Notes: generated from the letters alone by a model not told the origin. A DNA stretch of 64,000 nucleotides from Candidatus Terraquivivens tengchongensis (GCA_023261845.1 JALNJZ010000004.1:73003-137002); one strand, 5' to 3'; shown: positions 49,251 through 59,329, counted from the stretch's first letter. Translations and numbers: made by a program.

Positions 49251-51062
49251 CTAAATCGCACATGTTTCAGGCATGGGTATTGCTTCTAGGAATTCCTTTT
49301 GGAATTCTGGCTCGGCAGCTAGCTCCACGTATTCTATCTTCTTAGCGACGTTACATGCAACATCTCTCAGGGTCTTTGAAAGAAGCATAGCTCTCGCACC
49401 GGCACCAGCAGCATTACCAACAATCCTTATCTTGCTCAAGTCTATGTTAGGATACAACCCTATAATTTTTGCCGAGATTGGATTAAGAAAGAAACCAAAC
49501 GTACCGGCAACGTAAAGCCTCTCAGCTTCTGATACATCTACCTGAAGCTTCTTCATCAAAATGTTCATGCCAGTCCTGATCGCTGCCTTTGCCAGCTGTA
49601 TTTCTCTTATGTCCTTCTGCGTCAACACTATGTCCTCGCCTATGGCCGTGTTCTCTTTGTATTCTACGACGAATTCTGGATAATTCCTATCATTCATCCT
49701 TATGCGTCTTGTGCCTACATTCGTGTTCAACCTTCCCGACTTATCCATCAGACCTGTCGTAAATAAACCAGCAACTAAGTCGACAACCGCAGAACCTGTC
49801 ATGCCTCTTGGCTTTACGTTACCTATAACACTATAGCTCACCTCACCATTAGCCATAACCTCTATCCCGTATATCGCACCGATGGTGGCCCGCATTCCGT
49901 AGGTTATGTGGGCGCCCTCAAACGCAGGGCCAGATGCGGTTGAGCAAGCGACAAATTTTCCATCCTTCTTGACGACTATCTCAGTATTCGTTCCTACATC
50001 AACTAAGATTGCAGCATCCGCATCTTCTTGCATGTTGGTTGCTATGATGTCGGCTACAACGTCCGAGCCCATATATCCCGCGATTAGCGGCGGCATAAAG
50101 AGTCTAGCTTCAGCATTCGCACGTATACCTACACTTTTTGCCATAACACATAATGGTTCTCTTGTCGTGGGTGTGTACGGGAAATATGCTAACCTTTTCG
50201 GCTCAAGACATAAAAGGAAATGATGCATGACTGTATTACCTACAGCCACTACCTCATAAACGTCTTCAACGTCACTTCCAGTTGTATCACATGCCGTGTT
50301 TATGAGTTTATTTATACAGCTGATTATTTTTTCTTGCAACGCTTTAACACCTTCCTTTAAGGCATAGTCGAGCCTAGATACGACGTCCTCACCATAAGCT
50401 ATCTGTGGGTTGATATCGGAAACTGTTGACAAAGTCTTACCACTCATTAGGTCGACTAGGTAACCAACAACTTTGGTTGTACCCACGTCTACTGCGAAGC
50501 CAAGAGGTCTGCAGTTCTCTCGTACATCGATTATCTCATCGTTGTAAGTTATAAGCGAGAGTTTTTTCTCAATACCTACATCGGCTATACGGGAAAGCTT
50601 CTGTAACGCATGAAGATTAAATCGTTTTGGTACACTTAACGATGATACAACTTCATCCAATGCACCCCATACTTTAGCAGGTAGTGTGACGTTAACTTTC
50701 TGGACTACAGAATCAAACCGCTCCTCAAACACTTCGCCTTCAACTGATACGACATATTCGCCCAACCTACTCTCGCCCGGCACGAATACCGATATCGCAT
50801 TCTCTCTAACTATCTTGCATCTGCAAGAAAGTCTATAACCTTCGTTCAGCTTCTTTGAGCTGAGCACTATTTTTTCATCACTAGTTAAATCAGATATACT
50901 ATCTGAGCCGACGATTATTTTGACCATACACTTTCCACATAACGCCTTTCCATTGCAAGGTCCAATGATGTCAATTCCTGCCCTGCGAGCAACTTCAAGC
51001 AAAGATTCGCCGATTTTTGCCTCAACCCTTTTCCCTTCTGGCATGAAGCTGACGATAACCAT
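49251..51062 (-). CDS. ASKHA-family reductive activator of corrinoid proteins (RACo/DUF4445 type) with N-terminal [2Fe-2S]
   Basis: CNGKALCGKC...RLSC ferredoxin; DVGTT, GEDVVSR, GNTVMHH, DVGTNTE, GPAFEG, QLAKAAI, GNAAG.GA. Confidence 0.9.
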   Translation of the reverse strand: MVIVSFMPEGKRVEAKIGESLLEVARRAGIDIIGPCNGKALCGKCMVKIIVGSDSISDLTSDEKIVLSSKKLNEGYRLSCRCKIVRENAISVFVPGESRLGEYVVSVEGEVFEERFDSVVQKVNVTLPAKVWGALDEVVSSLSVPKRFNLHALQKLSRIADVGIEKKLSLITYNDEIIDVRENCRPLGFAVDVGTTKVVGYLVDLMSGKTLSTVSDINPQIAYGEDVVSRLDYALKEGVKALQEKIISCINKLINTACDTTGSDVEDVYEVVAVGNTVMHHFLLCLEPKRLAYFPYTPTTREPLCVMAKSVGIRANAEARLFMPPLIAGYMGSDVVADIIATNMQEDADAAILVDVGTNTEIVVKKDGKFVACSTASGPAFEGAHITYGMRATIGAIYGIEVMANGEVSYSVIGNVKPRGMTGSAVVDLVAGLFTTGLMDKSGRLNTNVGTRRIRMNDRNYPEFVVEYKENTAIGEDIVLTQKDIREIQLAKAAIRTGMNILMKKLQVDVSEAERLYVAGTFGFFLNPISAKIIGLYPNIDLSKIRIVGNAAGAGARAMLLSKTLRDVACNVAKKIEYVELAAEPEFQKEFLEAIPMPETCAI

Positions 51063-51202
51063 TCTTTCCTTGTTCCCCCAGATTCAGCTCACATCCCCGT
51101 TAAAAGCATATATCCTTTAAAAGTCAAACTGCTATACCGATACAATATTTACACATACATGTAAAGCTATAAATAAATAGCAGATAAAAGTTTCGCGAGT
51201 AC

Positions 51203-51904
51203 GTGACGCAAGCAGAAGATGTTATAGTTAGCAAGCAACTAGCCAGACTTAAAGAGGCAATACTGAACGGTGATGCAAACACCGCAAGAGAGGCAGCTAC
51301 TATCTTAAAAGAGAAAGGTCTCTTGCCCCTCGACATAGTTAATCGAGCCATTAAACCAGCGATGGATGAGATGGGTAAAAGGTATGAGAGGTTAGAGGCA
51401 TTTCTTCCTGACCTAGTCTTAGCAGGTGAGGCGGCCCAAGAAGCATTGAAAGTTATACTACCAAAAGAAGGGGAAGAAGCTTTCATCAAGGGCAAGGTCG
51501 TCATCGGAACTATATACGGAGACATACATGATATAGGTAAGAACATCGTGGCAGCGATACTGAGTGCCAACGGTTACAAAATAATAGACCTAGGTAATGA
51601 TGTGCCACCTGAAAGGTATATTGAAACGGCAAAGAAAGAGGGCGCGCATATTATAGGCATATCATGTCTCCTGACACCATCAATGTACTATATGAGGGAT
51701 GTTATCAGAAAGTTAGAAGAAGAAAACATTAGGGACAAGTTTTACGTGATCATTGGTGGAGCAGCAGTTTATCCAGATTGGGCTAAGGAAATTGGTGCAG
51801 ATGGATGGGCCAAAGATGCCGAAAGAGCGGTCCAGCTTTGCGATACCCTAATCGAAAGGGGCAAGGAACTTCCTAAACCCGTTATTTTAGGCGAATGGCG
51901 CTAG
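51203..51904 (+). CDS. Methyltransferase cognate corrinoid protein (MtaC/MtmC-like)
   Basis: Cap domain FLPDLV; GDIHDIGKNIV (DxHxxG), DLG.DV, S.L, IGGA. Confidence 0.93.
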   Translation: MTQAEDVIVSKQLARLKEAILNGDANTAREAATILKEKGLLPLDIVNRAIKPAMDEMGKRYERLEAFLPDLVLAGEAAQEALKVILPKEGEEAFIKGKVVIGTIYGDIHDIGKNIVAAILSANGYKIIDLGNDVPPERYIETAKKEGAHIIGISCLLTPSMYYMRDVIRKLEEENIRDKFYVIIGGAAVYPDWAKEIGADGWAKDAERAVQLCDTLIERGKELPKPVILGEWR

Positions 51905-51920
51905 TTGGAGGGGCAACTTC

Positions 51921-53303
51921 TTGGATTTACTTTTCAACATTCTAGACAAGACACTCACAGGTCCTCCTATTGAAAAACGTGATTTTGAGTTTAAGCTAGT
52001 TCCAAAGACGACACGAGATGTTCTTAAAGAATACGGCCTCGAAAAGACGTTTGACCCAGAGAACCCAATAAACACTGACCTAAAGCTCGCTGAACAATTT
52101 TACAAAGCTGGATATGAGTTAGCACTAAGGCTCGGCATGTTCTGTCCAGATACGAAAAGGAGAGTAATTTTCACAGAAGAAGAGATTAAGGAAGCTTTAA
52201 GGAACGCTCCAACAGAAGTCACGCTCGGCTATGGCAAAGATAAAGTTACGATAAGGAGTAGGAAACCTGAGGATAGAAATCCTCCAGTCGCCGAAGGGTC
52301 GGCTTTAGGCATGTCGATAAGCGAGGAGTACTTCATACCGCTCTGCATGGCAATAGCACAGTACAAAGTCATAGATATCATTCTTGCACCTACACTAGAT
52401 ACGATAAATAAACGTGAAATTAGGGCGAGGACACCTTACGAGACAATTATGGGAATGTATGAGGCCAAGTACGTTAAAGAGGCCCTAAGACGTATAGGAA
52501 GACCTGGAATGCCGCTTCATGGTGTCGAGGGTGCTCCAACAGAGTACGGCTACTTCTCAGGCTTCCTCTGGGGTGGGTTCGAACCTGATAGAACAATTGG
52601 TATAGCGCTCATACCCGAGCCGATAACACTGTCCTATCAGATACTTCATAGAGTTGTCGTTAACCATCTAATAGGCTCACCCCTTGAGGCGGGACATATG
52701 CTAAACATAGGCGGCTACTTTGGTTCACCCGAAGGTGCGGTTGTCGGAGCCGTTGCTGCTCAGATTCTTCAGACTGCATCGATGTTCCCAACAGTCGTTG
52801 AAAGCACAATACTAGATGCGAGGTATTTCGTAAACACTAACAGAGAGGCTCTTTGGGCTACGAGCACTAGCATGCAGGCGAGAACGCTCGGCAACAAGGT
52901 AATGAACCTTGGCATAACGAGCCAGGTGAGTGGTCCATGTACGGACATGTTACTGTATGAAACGACAACGATAGCTATAGCGGATTCTGTTTCAGGTGTA
53001 GCGATAGAGATCGGCACAAGACCAGCGGCATGTAGGTACAAAGATCACGGAAGCGCGCTCGAAAACAAATTCTTCGCAGAGGTTCTTAAATCGTCGGCTA
53101 AGAACTTAAAACTTACAGACGCGAACGAGATGGTAAAGGCACTTTTGCCCAAGTATGAGCACAAGCTCAAAGATCCTCCAAAAGGAAAAAGCTTCCCAGA
53201 ATGTACGGACCTAAGGACGCTCCAACCTTCGAAAGAGTGGTTGGAGATATACGAAAGAGTTTGGAAGGAACTCGAGGACCTTGGACTTCCTCGGTGGGAG
53301 TAG
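51921..53303 (+). CDS. mtmB: Monomethylamine:corrinoid methyltransferase MtmB homolog without pyrrolysine
   Basis: C.DT.R.I.FTEEEI, GRPGM, GGY.G.PEG, AGP/SGPCT.M.LYE, PPKGKSF.EC; no in-frame TAG; GGAGGG RBS before TTG. Confidence 0.85.
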   Translation: MDLLFNILDKTLTGPPIEKRDFEFKLVPKTTRDVLKEYGLEKTFDPENPINTDLKLAEQFYKAGYELALRLGMFCPDTKRRVIFTEEEIKEALRNAPTEVTLGYGKDKVTIRSRKPEDRNPPVAEGSALGMSISEEYFIPLCMAIAQYKVIDIILAPTLDTINKREIRARTPYETIMGMYEAKYVKEALRRIGRPGMPLHGVEGAPTEYGYFSGFLWGGFEPDRTIGIALIPEPITLSYQILHRVVVNHLIGSPLEAGHMLNIGGYFGSPEGAVVGAVAAQILQTASMFPTVVESTILDARYFVNTNREALWATSTSMQARTLGNKVMNLGITSQVSGPCTDMLLYETTTIAIADSVSGVAIEIGTRPAACRYKDHGSALENKFFAEVLKSSAKNLKLTDANEMVKALLPKYEHKLKDPPKGKSFPECTDLRTLQPSKEWLEIYERVWKELEDLGLPRWE

Positions 53304-53304
53304 C

Positions 53305-54663
53305 TTGCCATTCAGAGAGTTGGCATATGAAAACGCATATGAGCTTGCCTTCGGTTTTGCTAAGAAACCTCTAAGTTATGGGTTAGGGCTTTCTGTCGGT
53401 GATGGTAAAGTTATACCCGAAGTCAAATACTTGCTAAAACCTGGCCTTGAACAGAATCTCAATGCACTTGTGGAAGAATATAAGAAGGTAACGCTTTCAA
53501 TCATGGAAAGAGCAGCAAACTTAGGGGTCACAGACGTTCAGCTAGAGACGGAGTTTGTTGAACCTATGACTATGAACCCTAGCTGGGGGGCGGCTGTGAT
53601 AGAGACACAGAAAGAGGTTCTTTCAACCTATTACGAAAGGTATGGAATTAGGTCAGCACTTAGAGCTACAATAGCCGACGTAAGGAGGTTTAGTAAGGGG
53701 CTTCGTAAGGGCGAGTATTTTCAGGCGATCATGGATTCGTTTATAAACGCGGCCGAGAGTGGTGCGGACCTACTATCAATCGAATCGAGAGGAGGTCAGG
53801 AAATTTTTTCATACTCGCTCATAAGAAACGATCTAGCAGGCATGCTGTTCTCTTTTGGTATCCTCGCGCCGAGGGATGTCAGATACATTTGGAAAGAAAT
53901 TGTGAAGAATGCAAAGAGGGTCATACCTGCAGGAGATACCGCTTGTGCCCTAGCTAACAGCGCCATGGTCTTAGCAAACGGGTTAGTTAACAGGAAGATA
54001 CCGCATACGCTGGCCGCAGTCATTAGGGCCATGTCGGCGGTCAGAACTCTGGCATGCTACGAAGAAGGTGCAATGGGTCCCGGAAAAGATTGCGCATACG
54101 AGAATGTAATAATCAAAATAATCACAGGTTATCCGATGAGTATGGAAGGCAAGACTTCGGCCTTTGCCCACTCCAGCCTAGTAGGTAACATAGTTGCCGC
54201 AGCATGCGACCTTTGGTCCAACGAGACGATAGTCGTTGAGGATACATTTGGTGGCAAGACACCTGCTATAATATTTGAGATGTTAAGTTACGACACGGCT
54301 TTAATGAACGAGTCGATAAGGTCAAGAAATAACAAGATTCTTCAACAATTGTTCATTAACTCAGACAAGTACAGAGACCCGCAAGCTTTAATCTTGTCAC
54401 CCGATAACGCGTTCAGAATAGCGTCCGCCATTGTTTCAGCAAATTCGGATTACGAAAGAACAATTTCCGCCGCACTTGAGGCAATCCGTATAATAGAGGA
54501 TAATCTGAGTATATTGAATATGCCAGAAATAGAGAAGCGATACCTTGCGACACTGAAAAACTTTTTTGAAGCAGTTCCTGATGAGCATAAATTAATTGAA
54601 GAATCTATTAAAAAGTATAGCGGAAAGGTTCCTGAATTTAATGCAACCAATTACGAGCTTTGA
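53305..54663 (+). CDS. mtaB: Methanol:corrinoid methyltransferase MtaB homolog (ORF track start 53281)
   Basis: LLSIES.GG.E, GDTACA.AN, GPGKDCAYEN, MEGKTS..AHS, DLWSNE, SD.YRDPQA. Confidence 0.9.
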   Translation: MPFRELAYENAYELAFGFAKKPLSYGLGLSVGDGKVIPEVKYLLKPGLEQNLNALVEEYKKVTLSIMERAANLGVTDVQLETEFVEPMTMNPSWGAAVIETQKEVLSTYYERYGIRSALRATIADVRRFSKGLRKGEYFQAIMDSFINAAESGADLLSIESRGGQEIFSYSLIRNDLAGMLFSFGILAPRDVRYIWKEIVKNAKRVIPAGDTACALANSAMVLANGLVNRKIPHTLAAVIRAMSAVRTLACYEEGAMGPGKDCAYENVIIKIITGYPMSMEGKTSAFAHSSLVGNIVAAACDLWSNETIVVEDTFGGKTPAIIFEMLSYDTALMNESIRSRNNKILQQLFINSDKYRDPQALILSPDNAFRIASAIVSANSDYERTISAALEAIRIIEDNLSILNMPEIEKRYLATLKNFFEAVPDEHKLIEESIKKYSGKVPEFNATNYEL

Positions 54664-54666
54664 AAC

Positions 54667-55608
54667 TTACCTTAATTTTTTGAATGGTTTTGCCAAAGAG
54701 GCTGGGCCTTTTACCTTTCTACCAGCGACGAATAAAAGGACTATCGTGAATAGATAAGGTAGCATCAGAGCAAACTGATAAGGTAAAAACGGTATGTTAA
54801 ATGCTTGAATCCTCAGTTGAAGAGCATCGATAAAGCTGAAAAGGAAAGCTCCGCCAAGCAGTAGCAACGGATTCCATCTAGAGAGTATTATTAACGCTAT
54901 AGCTATGTAACCTCTACCTTGCGTCATGTTATCTAAAAACATATTGTAGTAACCTATCGAGAGTAGTGATCCAGCAATACCAGCGATGCAACCTTCTAGA
55001 ATAAGCAGGGCATAACGCGTCAGGTTTACGTTGATTCCGAGGTAGTCGGCTGTTTGCGGGTCCTCACCTATAGCTCTGATCTTCAAACCTTTTTCGGTTT
55101 TGAAAAGCAGCCACCAAGTTAAGAACACTAACACGAAAGCCGCGTAAGTATGTGGGAGATGGCTAAACAGAATCTTGCCGATTACCAGTATCTGAGAGAG
55201 CACAGGTATCTCGATAGGTTGGAGCGTTGTTTGAATATGTGGAGGTATAGGACTGACGTACCAACCGAAGCTAGCCCTGTATAAGTAAGAAGTTATGCCT
55301 ATTGTTAGTAGGTTGAGTGCCAAGCCGGTGACCATTTGGTCTAGCGCCAGAGTTATCGTCAATATGGCAAATAGAAGGCACAGGACTGCTCCAGCGATGC
55401 TCGCAAGCAACGTGGCATAGTATAGATCTCCTGTATAAAAAGCGACCATAAACGCCACGAACGCGCCCATCAACATAGTACCTTCAAGGCTAAGGTTCAG
55501 GATTCCGCTGCGTTCGACAAGTAGCTCTGCTAGCCCAGCCAGCAGAAGTGGTGTGAGCAGAGTTATGCTGGAGTAGAGTAAACCTAAAATAACTTCGGCC
55601 GTTATCAT
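54667..55608 (-). CDS. Nucleoside-type ABC transporter permease
   Basis: ERSGILNLSLEG.ML.GA, GL..RA.GE.P, GRGYIAIA, LPY. Confidence 0.9.
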   Translation of the reverse strand: MITAEVILGLLYSSITLLTPLLLAGLAELLVERSGILNLSLEGTMLMGAFVAFMVAFYTGDLYYATLLASIAGAVLCLLFAILTITLALDQMVTGLALNLLTIGITSYLYRASFGWYVSPIPPHIQTTLQPIEIPVLSQILVIGKILFSHLPHTYAAFVLVFLTWWLLFKTEKGLKIRAIGEDPQTADYLGINVNLTRYALLILEGCIAGIAGSLLSIGYYNMFLDNMTQGRGYIAIALIILSRWNPLLLLGGAFLFSFIDALQLRIQAFNIPFLPYQFALMLPYLFTIVLLFVAGRKVKGPASLAKPFKKLR

Positions 55609-56669
55609 AACTTCAACCTCTCCATTACCTTTTTGGACAGCTTATCTTCAACGAAGTAACCTGTCAAGATGAATATTATTATAAGGGCCTGAATTATGCC
55701 CGCCATGCCCACAGGTATCTGGGCCATCCTATGCATTGTCATGCTTCCGTTTATTATCCCACCTAAGAAAAAGGAGGTTAGGGCTATTAGCAACGGATTC
55801 AGATAACCGAGTAGGGCTACGGCTATTCCAGTGTAACCATAAGGCGAAGTTGTTGGAGAGAGCTCGAGCCTCATCTTGTGCTGTATTCCTAAAACCTCAA
55901 AACCTCCAGCTAGACCCGCTAAGAAGCCACTTATGAGCATGGCTTGGATTATTAGATGCGTGGTGTTTATGTTCGCGTACTCTGCAACCCTTGGACTCGA
56001 ACCAAGTATATCCAGCTTGAGTCCGAACGCGCTCCTTTTCAGGAAGAAATAGGCTAGTGGAACGACAATGACAAAAGCCAATAAAACACCTACATGAATC
56101 CGAGTACCTTGTACAGCTATGGGCGCCCATAGCGCAGGGTTTATCGTTTCCGTCTCAGGAAACATCGAGACTGGGTCTCTGAACGGGCCGTGTAGAAGAT
56201 AGCTGACTAGATATATGGCTACGTAGTTGAACATCAAAGTGGTGATTACCTCGTTTATACCATACGATGCCTTCAGGATAGCCGGTATGAGTGCCCAAAT
56301 CGCTCCACCTAAACCTGCAATCAAAACAATGACCGGAAACGCTAAGGGCGCCGGAAGATCCTTAAACATTATGCCCATGATTGCCGTCATCATGCCGCCA
56401 ATGTAAAACTGTCCTTCCGCACCTATGTTCCATACCTTCGCCCTAAAAACCACCGCAAGCCCTATACTTATTAATAATAATGGTGTCGCCCTTACGAACG
56501 TCTCCGAGATTGCTGAAGGTGAAAAGGCGCCTTGAAAGAGCCAGTAATAAGCCTGTAGCGGGTCTTTACCCATGAAGAAGATTAAGACAGCACCAATAAA
56601 GAAAGCAAGACTAATGGTTAGTATGGCTAGTGCCGCTCTAATTAGCAGAAGTCGCTGCTCTAGCGTTAT
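55605..56669 (-). CDS. Nucleoside-type ABC transporter permease (first canonical start 56573; probable start ATA 56669)
   Basis: WNIGAEGQF, NEVITTLM.NY, GYTGIAVALLG; frame open upstream with an extra TM helix. Confidence 0.85.
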   Translation of the reverse strand: MTLEQRLLLIRAALAILTISLAFFIGAVLIFFMGKDPLQAYYWLFQGAFSPSAISETFVRATPLLLISIGLAVVFRAKVWNIGAEGQFYIGGMMTAIMGIMFKDLPAPLAFPVIVLIAGLGGAIWALIPAILKASYGINEVITTLMFNYVAIYLVSYLLHGPFRDPVSMFPETETINPALWAPIAVQGTRIHVGVLLAFVIVVPLAYFFLKRSAFGLKLDILGSSPRVAEYANINTTHLIIQAMLISGFLAGLAGGFEVLGIQHKMRLELSPTTSPYGYTGIAVALLGYLNPLLIALTSFFLGGIINGSMTMHRMAQIPVGMAGIIQALIIIFILTGYFVEDKLSKKVMERLKL

Positions 56670-58158
56670 AGCCGGCTCCCTCCGCGGCCAGCATATAGGA
56701 GCCTATCAAAACGGGATCTGCCTCTTCTCTTTCAAAAATCCTCGTAAACTTACCATCGCTGATTACGGCTATCCTATCGCTAAGTTCCAGAATCTCGTTA
56801 AGGTCTGATGAGATGAGGAGTATTCCAACACCTTTCGATGCAAGTTCTGACAACGCCCTCCTTACGTAATAAGCCGATTTGGCATCTAAACCTGCTGTCG
56901 GCTGTTCTGCTATCAGAATTTCCGATGATGTGATAATTTCACGGCCGACTATTATTTTTTGGATATTTCCGCCCGAAAGGTATTTCACTGGTGTCTTAAG
57001 GCTTGGTGTCTTCACATTCATGAAAGATACAACCTTTTTCGCGAACTCATTTATTCTACCAAAGTTTAGAGTATTGCCACGTTTTTTAAATTCTTCCTTA
57101 TCAAAGGATCTAAGGACACTATTTATCGCTACGCTAAGTGTTGGAGCTACGCCGAGCTCTACCCTTTCGGCAGGTATGTAGTTTAACCCATCCAAGTTGT
57201 CATTTTTCCCTCTAAAAGTTATAATGCCTGAGGCTGGTTTTCTAAGGCCTACTATGGCCTCAACGAGTTCCTTTTGACCATTACCCTCGACACCAGCTAT
57301 TCCTAGAATCTCACCCATGTATAGTTCAAAGGATATGTCTTTTACTTTTGTCAGACCTTCATCATCGTTCACCACTAAATTTTTTACAACCAACAAAGGC
57401 TCTTTATTGAATGAGGGTGCAACCTTTGTAGTTGTAGGCATAAGCCTTTCACCGACCATTAGCTCAACAAGACGTGATTCATCATCTATTTCGTCTGTTC
57501 TGAGGGTAGTTATGACACGACCCATCCTCATAACCGTTATCCTATCGCTGATGCGCATAGCTTCACGAATTTTATGCGTAATTAGAACTATGCTGTATCC
57601 GTTAGATGAGAGGGACTTGAGCAACTGTAGAAACCTGTCAATTTCAGGACCGCAGAGCATTGACGTGGGTTCATCAAATATTAAGATTCTTGCCCTGCTC
57701 AGTAAGAGCCTAAGTATTTCTATTCTTTGTCTTTCACCTACTGATAGAGCATAGAGTGGTGAATCTAATTTTACTTTAAACCCGAGAATCTTCGAAAGCT
57801 CCTCAATCTCCGTTAGTGTATGCTTCATATTAAATTTTTGACCAATAAGTCCAAGTCTCAGGTTCTCTAATACAGTCATCGTTGGTATGAGTGTGAAGTG
57901 TTGATGGACCATACCTATGCCTTGCTTTAAGGCATCTAATGGTGAGTTGAATTTAACTTCTCTTCCTTCGACATATATAGAGCCACTAGTCGGCTTAAGA
58001 CAGCCGCTCAATATTTTCATAAGCGTTGTCTTACCAGCTCCGTTCTCGCCCAACAAAGCATGAACCTCACCCTTTCTTAGATCAAAATCGACCTCATAAT
58101 TCGCCACTATACCTCCAGGGTAAACCTTCGTTATCTTTCTTAATTCGACTACGAGCAT
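56638..58158 (-). CDS. Nucleoside/sugar ABC transporter ATP-binding protein (tandem NBD)
   Basis: GENGAGKTT, VHQHF, LSVGERQR, DEPT, LSGGN.QK; likely start MLVVEL at 58158. Confidence 0.92.
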   Translation of the reverse strand: MLVVELRKITKVYPGGIVANYEVDFDLRKGEVHALLGENGAGKTTLMKILSGCLKPTSGSIYVEGREVKFNSPLDALKQGIGMVHQHFTLIPTMTVLENLRLGLIGQKFNMKHTLTEIEELSKILGFKVKLDSPLYALSVGERQRIEILRLLLSRARILIFDEPTSMLCGPEIDRFLQLLKSLSSNGYSIVLITHKIREAMRISDRITVMRMGRVITTLRTDEIDDESRLVELMVGERLMPTTTKVAPSFNKEPLLVVKNLVVNDDEGLTKVKDISFELYMGEILGIAGVEGNGQKELVEAIVGLRKPASGIITFRGKNDNLDGLNYIPAERVELGVAPTLSVAINSVLRSFDKEEFKKRGNTLNFGRINEFAKKVVSFMNVKTPSLKTPVKYLSGGNIQKIIVGREIITSSEILIAEQPTAGLDAKSAYYVRRALSELASKGVGILLISSDLNEILELSDRIAVISDGKFTRIFEREEADPVLIGSYMLAAEGAGYNARAATSAN

Positions 58159-58204
58159 AAACCTCGCACCTACAAAAAAAGTTTGTGTGTTGTTACAGGC
58201 TAAT

Positions 58205-59329
58205 TCACTTCCATCTTTCTGGGACCCAGTCTTCGTATATCGGGACAACAAACTTCCCATCTATTATTTGTTTTTCAAGATCTTCGACTAGTTTCAGCAC
58301 ATCTGGCGGAACTTTTGTCTTAAGCTCAGGGTTCCATACCAGCTTAGCCCACCCCTCTTTCATGCCCCAATTGTATATTCCACCTTCCCATTTGCCCGCC
58401 CGCTTCATCTCTATAAGGTGCTTCACGAACGTTTTCAGATCCCACGTTACACTGGCTAAGACGACATCTGGTGCCAATCCAGATTGATCAACGATGTTTC
58501 CGAAGCAATAGACGGTCTTACCCTCTTTCAGAGCTTCTCTGGCCGCTTCAAATGGACCGTATCTTTCAGCATATATGAAATCAGCACCAGCTTCGATTAA
58601 TGCTTTTGCCGCTTCCTTTCCCTTTACAGGGTCAAACCAGCTTTCGATAAATACCGCCCTGATATTAACCCCTGGGTTTACTGATTTTGCACCTGCTGCA
58701 AAAGCGTTGACCAGCCTATTGACGTCGGGTACGGCATACGCAGTAACTACTCCTATGACGTTTGTCTTTGTCATCTTACCAGCAGTCACACCAGCCAAAT
58801 ACGCCGCATCCTGAATCCAATAGTCGTAAAGCACAACGTTGGGTGGATACTCTAAGCCTGTTGGACCCGAGCCTTGTGCAAAAGCTACATTAGGAAATTC
58901 TTTCGCTATCTTTATGGTTACCTCATGGTATCCCCAGCTATGTGGAATTATTATATCATAACCTGCCGCTATGTATTCTCTGATAACCCTTTCAACGTCT
59001 GCTGTATCAACCTTCTCTGAATATACATACTCCACGTCTAAATTATTCACGGCCCACGTCATGGCTTCATGCATAACAGTATTCCATGGTTCTTCGATAG
59101 GCGTCACATAAATGACCGCAACCTTAATCTTCTTCACAGGGGTGGGCTGAGGCGCTACTCCTATGGACGAAAACGCATACCAGGCTACGATACCTACGAC
59201 TATTATAAGAGCCACGATCAATACCACAGCCATCTTTGATATGCCTCTCTTTACGTTGTCATGGATGGCACACATTTTTATCATGTATCCAGTAAAATTT
59301 TCCGAATATTTATCTATATTTTTACGCAT
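58205..59329 (-). CDS. BMP-family ABC substrate-binding protein (true start probably downstream of 59329)
   Basis: AYLAG..AG.MTKTN.IG, F..GAK.VNP, W.DP.K..EAA..LI..GAD; KRGIS class III-like signal. Confidence 0.9.
   Translation of the reverse strand: MRKNIDKYSENFTGYMIKMCAIHDNVKRGISKMAVVLIVALIIVVGIVAWYAFSSIGVAPQPTPVKKIKVAVIYVTPIEEPWNTVMHEAMTWAVNNLDVEYVYSEKVDTADVERVIREYIAAGYDIIIPHSWGYHEVTIKIAKEFPNVAFAQGSGPTGLEYPPNVVLYDYWIQDAAYLAGVTAGKMTKTNVIGVVTAYAVPDVNRLVNAFAAGAKSVNPGVNIRAVFIESWFDPVKGKEAAKALIEAGADFIYAERYGPFEAAREALKEGKTVYCFGNIVDQSGLAPDVVLASVTWDLKTFVKHLIEMKRAGKWEGGIYNWGMKEGWAKLVWNPELKTKVPPDVLKLVEDLEKQIIDGKFVVPIYEDWVPERWK

Noticed and set aside
49251-54663. Evidence of methanogenesis
   Set aside because: No mcr, mtr or mtaA in the window; methyltransferase modules also occur in non-methanogens
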